This document shows, in pieces, positions 29,101 to 38,900 of a stretch of DNA of 64,000 nt. The notes below the pieces were generated by a model. It did not search any database. It saw only the letters and a list, made by a program, of their open reading frames with translations, and was not told the origin of the DNA. This stretch comes from a virus (lineage: Duplodnaviria; Heunggongvirae; Uroviricota; Caudoviricetes), in IMG/VR virus record IMGVR_UViG_3300022822_000008; one strand, given 5' to 3'. The position numbers were made by a program, and so were the translations under genes. How positions within the stretch are numbered: position 1 is the first letter of the stretch; each line of letters begins with the position of its first letter.

Positions 29101-31688
29101 CTCTATTACGTGATTCTGATGTGAATATAATTAGTCAACCTTTCGCTTCTGAGTTCAGAAACTGCGTTAGTAATTTCTACAAATATAACGGTGAAGGCAC
29201 TGTGTCGCCGCCTTATGATGCGTCTTACGATACGACAACTAATCCAGTAACCTTGGATATCGACCTGACCTCAGCGTTTGATGATCTTGTTGATAATTTA
29301 CAACAGTTTGTTCCGTTGACTGACATATCAAGAACCACTATAGTGGCAAACGAAACGTGGGATCCCGAAACGTTTCGCGCACGTGGGCGTCCTATCAATG
29401 TTGGCGGTTGGCAACAAACTAGACAAGAACAGACTACTACTCGTAATTTAACAGTCACACCTTCAACTACAGAGAATATGGTAGGCGATTTTGTTACTGA
29501 TTTTAGATTCCAACCTTATATGGCTTCGCGTGACATAAAGGTCTATATGACTGGTCTGCGTCCTAATACAAGACATTATTTCTTCTTTGATGGTGTTGAT
29601 GTTAATGCCAACATATACCCAGGCTCGATGGTTAATGATACAAATTTAATTAGCAGATTTGGATTGAAAGGTGCTGAAGTAAAATCTGATTTCAACGGTA
29701 CCTTAAGAGTAGTATTTAACATCCCGGCTGAGACATTCTTCGTTGGTGACCGAGTTCTTGATGTAGTTGATGTAGATCAATTTGCTTCAATTGAATCAGC
29801 TTCAACTTCACGTGGTTTTATTACTTATCGTGCATATAGTTTTTCTGTTGAAAAGGCGTCACTGACTACTTCTACACGAGCGCCTGATTTTGATATTGCG
29901 GCAACTACGACGACTCGTAATTTACCAAGAAGAGCAACTGGAGGACGTGATCCTCTTGCACAGACATTCTTCATTAAGCAAGGTATGGGCGCAGGATCTA
30001 ATTCTGTGTTCCTATCAAAAGTTGATGTGTTCTTTAAACGTAAAGCGGAATCTGTAACTTTCCAAGTTCCTGATGGCACTGGCGGATTTGATCCGGTCGT
30101 TAACGAAGGTAATGGCGTTACCGTTATGATTCGCGAAGTGATAAATGGTTATCCATCTAATCAGATTGTTCCTTTTTCTAAAGTGCATTATACTCCCACT
30201 CAAGTAAGTGTGTCTGATAATGCAAGTGTTGCTACAACTTTCACATTCCCTGCTCCTGTTCGCTTAGACGTAGAAAAGGAATACGCAGTAGTCATACAAC
30301 CTGACGCAAGTGATCCTAATTATTTAGTGTTTACATCTAAAGTTGGAGGTGTTGATTTGACACCTGGACCTACGAACGGAACCTCTATTGTACAAGATTG
30401 GGGTGACGGTGTTTTATTCACATCAACTAACAATCGTGCATGGAAATCATATCAAGATGAAGATGTCAAATTTAATCTTTATCGCCATGATTTCAATGTC
30501 GCTGGCGGTATTGGTAATGTAACTTTAACTAATAACAGAAATGAATTCTTTACAGTTAATGACATTACTGGTAGATTCCAAGCTGGCGAATTGATTTATC
30601 AATTGAAAGGTGCAGCTGCAAGTGCTGCAATACCATTAAATTCTAACGTCTTATCATTGAACAATGTTTCTACTCTATATAATATAGGCGACGAAATACT
30701 AATAAGAGATGCTGGACAAACAAGAAAAGATATTTTTAAAATATTAACTTTAAGCACAAATACTGCAATACTAGACAGAACATCTTCATATGATGTTGTT
30801 GGTGGTACTGGTACGCCTATTGTAACAGGTTCATTATGTTATTACGATAAAAATAACCCAACAGAAATGCACTTGGAATCAAGTACAGCTAAAAGTTCAA
30901 GAATATTCACAAGCGGGACTATTATAATCGGGCTTGATAGCGGATTCCAAGCTAATTTGATTTCTATTGATAATATACAATTGAGTTATATACAACCTAT
31001 GATCATGAAGGCAAATGATTCTGTTTCTGAAACTGCAATGATAGGTTCATTCTTGAATCCTGCTAATAATTCTTATGAACTTGCTATGAAATTTGGCGAT
31101 AACAATCATTTCAATAAAGACGGCGTTTTGTTATACAGCAGATCAAATGATGCATCTGGTACTAGAGATTTTGATATAAATATAAATATGAGTAATGGTT
31201 CTAATCGTACTTCAACTCCATTTATTGACATTGAATCATCCAAGTTAATTGCTTATCAATATAAAGTAACAAACGATTCCGCAACTACTGGCAAATTCAT
31301 ATCAAAAACTATTGAATTGGCAGAAGATTTAGACGCTGAAGATATGAATGTAATTGTAACTGGTTATAGACCTATCAATACTGACATTAAAGTTTATATT
31401 AAACCACAAAATGTTTTCGATAGTGATGATTTTGCTTCTTTGGAATGGATTGAACTTGAGTTATTTGAAGGTACTGGAACATTCTCATCTACTATTAACG
31501 TAAATGATTATAAAGAATTCAAATATAGAGTTGCTGATGTTGATAAAGTTGATGATGCGGTAACTTACACAAGTACGGCTGGTACCTTTGAAGGATTTAG
31601 AAGATTTGCAATTCGAATTGATATGCTTTCTACAAACATATATAACGTACCTACACTTAAAGATTATCGCGCTATTGCGTTAACATAA
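26181..31688 (+). CDS. Large virion structural protein (VrlC/DUF4815-like)
   Basis: DLN..PYFDD....K.YYKILFKPG.AVQARE.TQLQ, APGADR, ARRTYEESG.Y, RFKNGF..D.F, DPLAQTF. Confidence 0.85.
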   Translation: MPINTDLNTAPYFDDYDVEKQYYKILFKPGFAVQAREMTQLQTMLQNQVEQFGDNIFKEGSIVKGCNFSTLDGLSFVKVGDLLGFDPTSYISRRVTEEFPVDSGIFIEVDYLYELEGDASKIKANIISATRGFETRPPDLNTFFVHYINSAGNSDKVFAPGEQLNVNLYKFKVGDEAIAISQELNIAQINVTTITSTPEPHTGPAYGIQSAPGVIFQKGHFLFADEQTLIVSKYTNIPNDLSVGYSVKETLKTSLQDNSLYDNANSAPNQNAPGADRLELIPILTVFETPVGDVDPTFFALIRYQNGNEVTLRDVSQYNVLGEEMARRTYEESGNYILKDFKVKTDRRDGDVQVLVGTGAAYVKGYRVENSAERAFVIDQIDPTTGTDIQSSQPTTFNYGQYVDVINFQGILGLNSERLDILAPDGSSVLGTCFASNLTGAVGTGIGKLYLYGVRMTGTNRFSSAWYIDSPANVGNGRIQIGDANVNPVLRQTNKGPLVFDTGMFSLKEITGTVLPVRTVSQATPANDNGTDVITIADGNDEDFALDNSDIVVIDATSTFMAVSSVTVNSGTGDLEISLAGSPGASANPVTVYYNKNILGSSGAGQEPYIKESRDTFVKFSYATSETKYSLGFPDVYEIISILDVDDNEYSSSFRLVSNQKDFYYDRSYVEHIQGRPIPPVGELRVALKVYQPNPSTGGYFFNITSYDNALPESSIPVYTATNGEQYNLRECFDFRPYVDKDSAASYTAVDIASAPNISQSLGVNVSPTFADLGVALTPSVNQSARSDLEYYRTRVDLIIANSYGEINLIKGTEAQFALPPKIDSDSIVISEVKVPGYPALSSQEASDQQRREYAVKARPVGTKNYTMKDIGSLESKIERLEYYVSLSQLESETANLTVLDQDGLSRFKNGFLADPFNDLTLANIRDPQFNSAVSSSSKKLTPSIKTFPIDLIYKAGSGISVFPAADIKGNVATLLRDSDVNIISQPFASEFRNCVSNFYKYNGEGTVSPPYDASYDTTTNPVTLDIDLTSAFDDLVDNLQQFVPLTDISRTTIVANETWDPETFRARGRPINVGGWQQTRQEQTTTRNLTVTPSTTENMVGDFVTDFRFQPYMASRDIKVYMTGLRPNTRHYFFFDGVDVNANIYPGSMVNDTNLISRFGLKGAEVKSDFNGTLRVVFNIPAETFFVGDRVLDVVDVDQFASIESASTSRGFITYRAYSFSVEKASLTTSTRAPDFDIAATTTTRNLPRRATGGRDPLAQTFFIKQGMGAGSNSVFLSKVDVFFKRKAESVTFQVPDGTGGFDPVVNEGNGVTVMIREVINGYPSNQIVPFSKVHYTPTQVSVSDNASVATTFTFPAPVRLDVEKEYAVVIQPDASDPNYLVFTSKVGGVDLTPGPTNGTSIVQDWGDGVLFTSTNNRAWKSYQDEDVKFNLYRHDFNVAGGIGNVTLTNNRNEFFTVNDITGRFQAGELIYQLKGAAASAAIPLNSNVLSLNNVSTLYNIGDEILIRDAGQTRKDIFKILTLSTNTAILDRTSSYDVVGGTGTPIVTGSLCYYDKNNPTEMHLESSTAKSSRIFTSGTIIIGLDSGFQANLISIDNIQLSYIQPMIMKANDSVSETAMIGSFLNPANNSYELAMKFGDNNHFNKDGVLLYSRSNDASGTRDFDININMSNGSNRTSTPFIDIESSKLIAYQYKVTNDSATTGKFISKTIELAEDLDAEDMNVIVTGYRPINTDIKVYIKPQNVFDSDDFASLEWIELELFEGTGTFSSTINVNDYKEFKYRVADVDKVDDAVTYTSTAGTFEGFRRFAIRIDMLSTNIYNVPTLKDYRAIALT

Positions 31689-31698
31689 AGGCAATATA

Positions 31699-31875
31699 AT
31701 GAAAAAAGATAATAAATCAGGTGGTGTTCTAAATACTGATAAAGACGCGTTGCTGAGATACAAACGCGAAAAATTAGTAGAAAAGAAAATAACACAACTT
31801 CAGAATCATATTGCTGAACTTAAAAATTCATTAATTGGTATGGATAAACGACTAGACAAATTAGAGCAGAGATAA
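31699..31875 (+). CDS. 58-aa coiled-coil protein (not in ORF track)
   Basis: MKKDNKSGGVLNTDKDALLRYKREK...IAELKNSL...LDKLEQR*; SD aagg; fills the gap after the VrlC-like gene. Confidence 0.75.
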   Translation: MKKDNKSGGVLNTDKDALLRYKREKLVEKKITQLQNHIAELKNSLIGMDKRLDKLEQR

Positions 31876-31878
31876 TAT

Positions 31879-32901
31879 ATGGCAAAGCCAAGTATAACTA
31901 TTATAAACAACACAGATACTTTTCAAAATTGGATAAACAAAACCAATGAGATGGTTAACATATTTAAAGACGAAGCGTTAACTGCGTCGGGTGGTGTTGG
32001 TGATACTACAACCGGTAATGCTACTCTCATAGGTGATTTTACAGTAAATAATCTTACTGCCGTCGAAGTAGTTAACGCTAATACATTATCATCAGCTGGA
32101 AATGCGCAGATTAGTGTTGACACTCCTCTTTTAATTGAAACCTCTGGTCAAGTTGGTGCAATCTTCAACAACGCAGCTGGAGGAAGAAATCAATTCGTAT
32201 CAAATACCTTAACATGGGATGTTGGTATCCATAATGACACCAACAATAACTTTGTTTTGAATACAGGATCTGGAGATTTTAAATTTATATTATCACCGTC
32301 AGGTGAGTTAACGATTCCAAGTCTTGTTGTATCGGGTTCGGTAACAGCGGATCTTGGTTTAACAACTGCTGATGTAGAAGAAGATGCAGCTGCATTATAT
32401 TTTACAGACGCATTAGCGCAAGACGCTTTCATAGCAGGTGACGATGTAACATTTAGTGCACCAGATGCAAATGGGAAAAGAACAATAAGCGCTTCGTCAA
32501 GTGATGCTGACACCGTAGGTGGAATATCACCAGACTCATTTTTAAGGTCTGATCAAAGCGATACAATGACAGGCAATCTTACCGTAACAGGAGACATCAC
32601 TTCAAACGGATCTGCATCTGATATTTCATTAAAAGAAAATATACAAGTTATAGAGGACGCTGGATATAAAGTTTCACAACTAAATGGATACACGTTTAAT
32701 TATAAAGATTCTCCAGACGAAGCTATGACGGGTGTTTTGGCTCATGAATTGGAAGCCGTATTACCAGAGGCTGTTTATGTTTATGATGTAGATTATTATG
32801 GGCGGGAAATTAAAGCTGTTCGTTACGGAAACGTAGTAGGTCTGTTAATCGAAGCAATAAAAGACCTTCAAGAAAGATTAGATGAATTAGAAAAGTCATA
32901 A
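31879..32901 (+). CDS. Short fibre/spike protein with a C-terminal S74 intramolecular chaperone
   Basis: N-terminal TDTFQNW..KTNE; DADTVGG....FLRSD; SDISLKENI...GVLAHELE..LPEAV...V.Y..VVGLLIEAIK. Confidence 0.82.
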   Translation: MAKPSITIINNTDTFQNWINKTNEMVNIFKDEALTASGGVGDTTTGNATLIGDFTVNNLTAVEVVNANTLSSAGNAQISVDTPLLIETSGQVGAIFNNAAGGRNQFVSNTLTWDVGIHNDTNNNFVLNTGSGDFKFILSPSGELTIPSLVVSGSVTADLGLTTADVEEDAAALYFTDALAQDAFIAGDDVTFSAPDANGKRTISASSSDADTVGGISPDSFLRSDQSDTMTGNLTVTGDITSNGSASDISLKENIQVIEDAGYKVSQLNGYTFNYKDSPDEAMTGVLAHELEAVLPEAVYVYDVDYYGREIKAVRYGNVVGLLIEAIKDLQERLDELEKS

Positions 32902-32965
32902 ATAGATGTAAATGATTGAAGGACATTTAGTCTCGATCTAATAATTATAAGGAAAGGTAAACCGA

Positions 32966-35900
32966 ATGTCTAAGATTACAGAATTAGGCCCAATTACCGG
33001 TTCAAACACGAGACCAGAAGATCTATTTGTCGTCGTAAACCTAGTACAAGGTGACGATGGAACAAAGAATATTACTCGTAGAGAACTTGTACAAGCAATA
33101 CAATTTGAAGATTTCAACAGAATAAGTATAACTGGCGGAAGCATTGAAAATGTTGAAATATCTTCATCTGATTTCAACGATGGTACTATATTAAATACAT
33201 CTGCTACAAACCTTGAGATGACTGAATCAGTATTCGATCTTGGTGATATTACAAATTCAGATTTTAGTTCTGGTCAGCTTGATGATGTTGATGGCGACGA
33301 TGTTAGACTAGTAAATTCTACAGTTGATGATTCAACACTTGACAATGTTATCGTGACAAATGCTTCGGTTGCTGATTCGGCAATTAGCACATCAGCAATT
33401 GAATTATCTGAATTTAATAACGGCATCGGAATACTTAACGAATTTACAGACACAATTCTTGACTCTGGTACAATTGAAAACTTTGATATAGCTAACACAA
33501 GTTTCTCAGAAGGTACCATATCAAACTCCTCAGCAAATGACATAATCTTAACTAACTCAAAAGCGTCTAATACTGAAATAACAGATTCTACTTTCTCTGA
33601 AGGTATTATAAAATCTTCAGAACTTGTTGATTTTGATATGAACCTTGAAAATTCATTCGAGCCGAACCTTGATGAAAACTCATATTTTGCTTTAAAGAAT
33701 GCAAAGACGGGTGAAACCGAACAAATTACATATAAGCAGTTCTTTGATGAAATTTCAAAAACAACAGAATCAGCATTAACAGTTTATGTATCTACATCTG
33801 GTGATGATACTTATCCAGGTACAATATTACAACCAGTCAGAACTCTAAAGCGTGCTGGAGAAATAGCACTAGAAAAGGCTGGAGGTAGTTATGATCGTAA
33901 TGATATTAACAATGCTATTCATATATCAGTTGGGCCCGGTACTTATTACTTAAGGGAATCTGTTCCTATCCCAGATGATTGTGCTATAACTTCGTCATCT
34001 GGCCAATACGCAACTGTTATTGAAATGGAAAAAGGTTATGAAAAAACAAACGGAATCTTAGTAGGTTCTGGTTGTTATGTTCAAGGTTTTGGATTTCAAA
34101 ACTTCGAAATTGATAACTTTGACTATCCTGAAAGAGGATTTGCTGTTGCATATAGACCTGGGGCGCTTCTTAGAAGATCCCCATATATGCGTGATTCGTC
34201 GCAATTATCAAACTTTAAAAGAGCTGACGTTGAGCCGCCGTTACAACCTTTCAATAGTAAGGGTACAGTGGCTGACTTAGGAAATATGTTAACTCTTGAT
34301 GGTGCGTATAGTGGGTCGTTTGAGGTTGATGATGAGGTAACATTCTCTTCCGGTGCATTTGGCTATATTAGTCGAATAGACGAACTTATTGCAGATAATG
34401 TCATTTATATAAGAAATCTTAGGGGTAATGTAAACGCAGGTGACTTAATACTTACTAATTTCGGGGCCAGCGGAGTCGTGTTAGAACTCGGCGAAGAAGA
34501 CTTCCCTAATAAACTTGTAGGACGCGGCGGCGGTGTTGTTCTTGCGGATAGAAGACAACTTGATCCTGACAGCTTATATTCTTACTTCTTGTGTTTTGGT
34601 GCGACTCCTCGTACGCAGAACGGCATGGGTTATGTCGCAAGAGACGGTGCTGGTGTTAACGGTATTGGTTCTTTATCAATTTTTGTTCGTTGTGCGTTTT
34701 ATGCTCTAAACGGCGGACAGATGACATTGAACAACTCAGGTACTCAATTCGGTGATATCTCAATGCGAGCGAAAGGTTCGACTGAAGTATACCAACCTAA
34801 AACTACTAATGTTGAAGTGGTACAAAATACTACTTTTGCAGATAATATTGAAGCGAACAAAGACGATATTATAGATGACTTGATAGAATATTTAGATAAA
34901 GACCTAGGTTATACTGGATACAGCGCTGAGAAATGTGAAAGAGACACCGGTATAATAGTTAATAATCTAGGTTATGATATTGCATTGGATACTAACTACT
35001 GGGGACGATTAAACGGTATCTCATATCGTAGTCCTATTTCATATACAGTTGTTAACGAACAATTAACAGAAACGACTGCGGCGATAAATCATCTCGAAAC
35101 ACAGATAACTAACATATTTCAAAATGCAGATGCAGAAATAAATTCTCGCTCTAGCAGATCATTTACAGAAATGCTAAACGTATTAAATAACGGAGAAGGT
35201 TCTGCCAGTCCAATAATATTTACAGACACAGGCGATATAGCTAAAACTGCAGCGCGTACATTGATACAGGATAATAAAGCTCTTATTGCAGGTGAGTTAA
35301 TAGATTGGATTGAGAATAATGAAAACTTTTTTGCTTACAACAGCATAAAGTGTCGTCGAGATACTACTGATTACATCTTACCTGCTGTTAAATATGATGT
35401 ATTGCTAGAAACAAACTACAATTCAATCACAGCTGGTAATGCTTATTATATGGCAACTGCTTCTAAAGTTATAGGTTCACAGAAAAATGAGACTGTAGGT
35501 GCTTATAAAAGACTTAAGGATCAAACTAACGAAGTACTCGATGCAACTGGTTCTTTCATTGCTGCGGATCGTGCTGATGATGCCTTTGATAATATCATTA
35601 ATGCATTGGAAGTAGGCCCAACTAATGAAATAACCTTTAGCGATAATGTTGGCATTAACGTAGATCAACTAAACGCTCGTCGTCAGATACAAACGAATAA
35701 GATACACATTCAAGATACTGTTATTGACTATATTAATTCTACTTATTTCATATATGACTCGAAAACGTGTGCTAGAGATGTTGGTGATTATATATTGCCT
35801 GCAGTACAGCGCGATCTTTTATTGGGAACAAATTTTAACGCTATTCAATCAGGTGTTGCTTATTATGCGGCAACTGCAAATCAAGTTATAACTGAAGAAT

Positions 35901-38900
35901 TGCCACAAACCATAGCGGCAGTTACCGAATTGAAAAGCTTGGTAGGAACTATCGTTGCTGCAGACACTCCTTCGTTAAATAGAACTGATGCTTCATTTGA
36001 TGAGTTAATTGATATAATGACAAACGGAACTACGGCCGCTGATGCGATAACTTGGTCTGATCCTGCTCTTATAAGCGTCACTGTAAACGGTCAGTTTGCT
36101 CGTGAAAGACTACAAACAAACAGATTGTTTATTCAACAAGAAAACATTGCATGGCTTGAGGATAATTATCCAGAATTGGTTTATGATTCTGCACTATGTC
36201 AGCGTGATGTTGGATATGTTATTGATGCTATATCTAAAGACCTTGAATACAGCGGAAATGCCAACACAGTAAAAGCTATTGAATATTACTTTACTAATGC
36301 AATAAACATATTACCTGCTGACCAAAGAGATCCTACAAAAGAATCGTTCAGACATTTAGCTACTGTGGTACAAGACGTTATAGTCAATACCACTGTTGTT
36401 CCTGTTTCTGCAATATCTGAATCTCAAGACTTAGGTGGAACTCCATCAGCTGGTGCTGTTTCAATTGATGCAAGTAACCTTGTTTTATTAATTGCAAACA
36501 CAGTTGACGATACTGATCTGGTACTTCCTACTCTTGTGAATAATATTGCAGACTCAAACAGGACTTTCGCTCGTAAAATATTACAAAACAATAAATCATT
36601 TTTACAAGAAGAAGTAATAAAATATCTTGAAGATAGGTTTTTCACCTTCAACGGAGAGAAATGTAGTAGAGATATCGGACATATTCTTGATGCTGTTAAG
36701 CGCGATATGCTGACTGGTTCTAATTTCAATTCTATATTTGCAGGTTTAGCATATCGCTCAGGTACTGTAGGTTCCAACCTTGTAATTGATGAGCAATTGA
36801 CTGAAACAGCAAATGCTATTGAGTTTGTAAGAGACAATGTAACAAGTACAATCACAGATTTATCTGCGAGAACAAGAGCGACAAATGCTTTTAATGAGTT
36901 AATACAAATAATGACTCTAGGTAGTAGCAATGCTGACTTGATTCAATATGGTACATCATCTGTGAGTGGAAATTCTTTAAACGGCCAAACACAACTACAA
37001 AGAAATAAAGAATTCTTACAGGCAGAAGCGATTGCATTTATAACTCAGACTTATCCTTCGCTGTCGTATGATTCTGCAAAGTGTTCAAGAGATGTGGGTT
37101 ATTTAATTGATTCAGTTTCATTTGATATTCAACATGGTAGCAATACTGCGTCTATCAAAAATGCAATTATCTATTTCGAAAATGCAGTAAGTGTTCTACC
37201 TTTAGATCAAAGAGCACCAACAGCTGCTACTTTTGCTCATATAGCATCTGTTGCTAATTTAGTAGTACAAGAAACGATAGTAAGTCCTACATCAGGAAAT
37301 TCTGTAGTGCAAGACACTGCTGCAGGTTCAGCAGGTGCTGTAATCGGTACCCAAGTAGAATTATTGGTGAATATAGTTTCTGATGCAGTAACGGCTGGTG
37401 ATTTAAATTCACTACCTTCTGTTATTGAACCTTCTGCGGTTTATGATGCTAATTATGTTAATGCTGTGTCTGAAATAAATGCAATAACTGAATCTCAAAA
37501 AACAGATGTTATAACATATATCAGTAATAATTTCAACGGCCTTGCGTATGATGAAGCCAAATGCAGACGTGATGTTGGATTTATTGTCGATGCTTTGTCT
37601 CACGATGTTCAGTATAACGGAAATGCAACTATCTTAAATTCAGCGCGAATTTATTTTAAAAACGGATTAAATGTTCTTCCATTAACACAGCGTGAACCTA
37701 CGAAGCTTGCATTAACAAGACTAGCTAAAGTTGCTTCAGAAGTTGTATTCAATGTTACTGTTGATGTATCAAAAGGCAATGAAGTCGCTCAGGACATATC
37801 AGAAATTGCTACTAATCCAGATATCGCAAAAATAACAAAAGATCTTGCATTAATAGTCGCTAACATAACTGATGACGCTACTGATATCAACTTGCCTATA
37901 AGAATAGACCCTGCTGTAACGTGGGTATCTCCTAACTATATAGAAAATAAAGAACTCATTGAAGACGATGTTAGTTCCTTGATTCAATCAGTTATTGATT
38001 ATATTGCAACTTCACAAAATGGACTATCATATCCAGAGAATAGATGTAGACGCGATTTAGGATTTATCATTGATGCAGTATCTCATGATGTTCAGTATGA
38101 CGGAAATACAGCTACTAAAATTGTTTCTCAGATATATTTTGAAAATGGGATAAGCGTTTTACCTCAAGCTACGATAACTCAAACAGCTGATATATATGCT
38201 TATTTAGGTGGAGTATTATCTGACGTAATTGTAGAAGATAATGTCGGTCAAGACGTATCTGGAACTCCAGGTACTGCAACGGAAAGTTCTACTGTTATAA
38301 GTTTAGTGCAAATAATCGAAAATGTGATAAGAGCTAATTCTTTGGCAGCAATACCAGCGACAGTAGAACCAACTACTGCTTGGATTGATGCTGATCTTGT
38401 TACAGCTACGAATGCTATCGACACGAATACAACTGAACTTGCAGACGATATGATCGAATGGATTAATACAGAATATAAAGTTCTTGACTATGATAAAGAT
38501 AAATGTGCTAGAGATTCGATATATTTAATCGACGCCTTTAGTTTTGATTTAAATTATGGCGGTAATACAGCATCTAGATGGAATGCTGATTTTTACTTCT
38601 GGAATAATATATTGAGAATACCTGAAGGCCAACGTGAAGCAACTGCGTTATCATATAGACAACTCGGTAAAATATGTGCTGATGTCGTTATAGGCAAAAA
38701 TGCAAATCAAACTACGAATAGTGAACTTGCAACATTGGTTGAATCTGTAAAAGTTCAAGACCTTGCTAATATATTTTATGAGACTTTAATAAATAGTGAT
38801 GTTAAAAAATTATCATTACTTGAGGAACCTGATTACACTTGGCAAGAAAATCAATTTATAGGCCCTAAAACTATACTTGATGCTAGAAAATCTGCATTGG

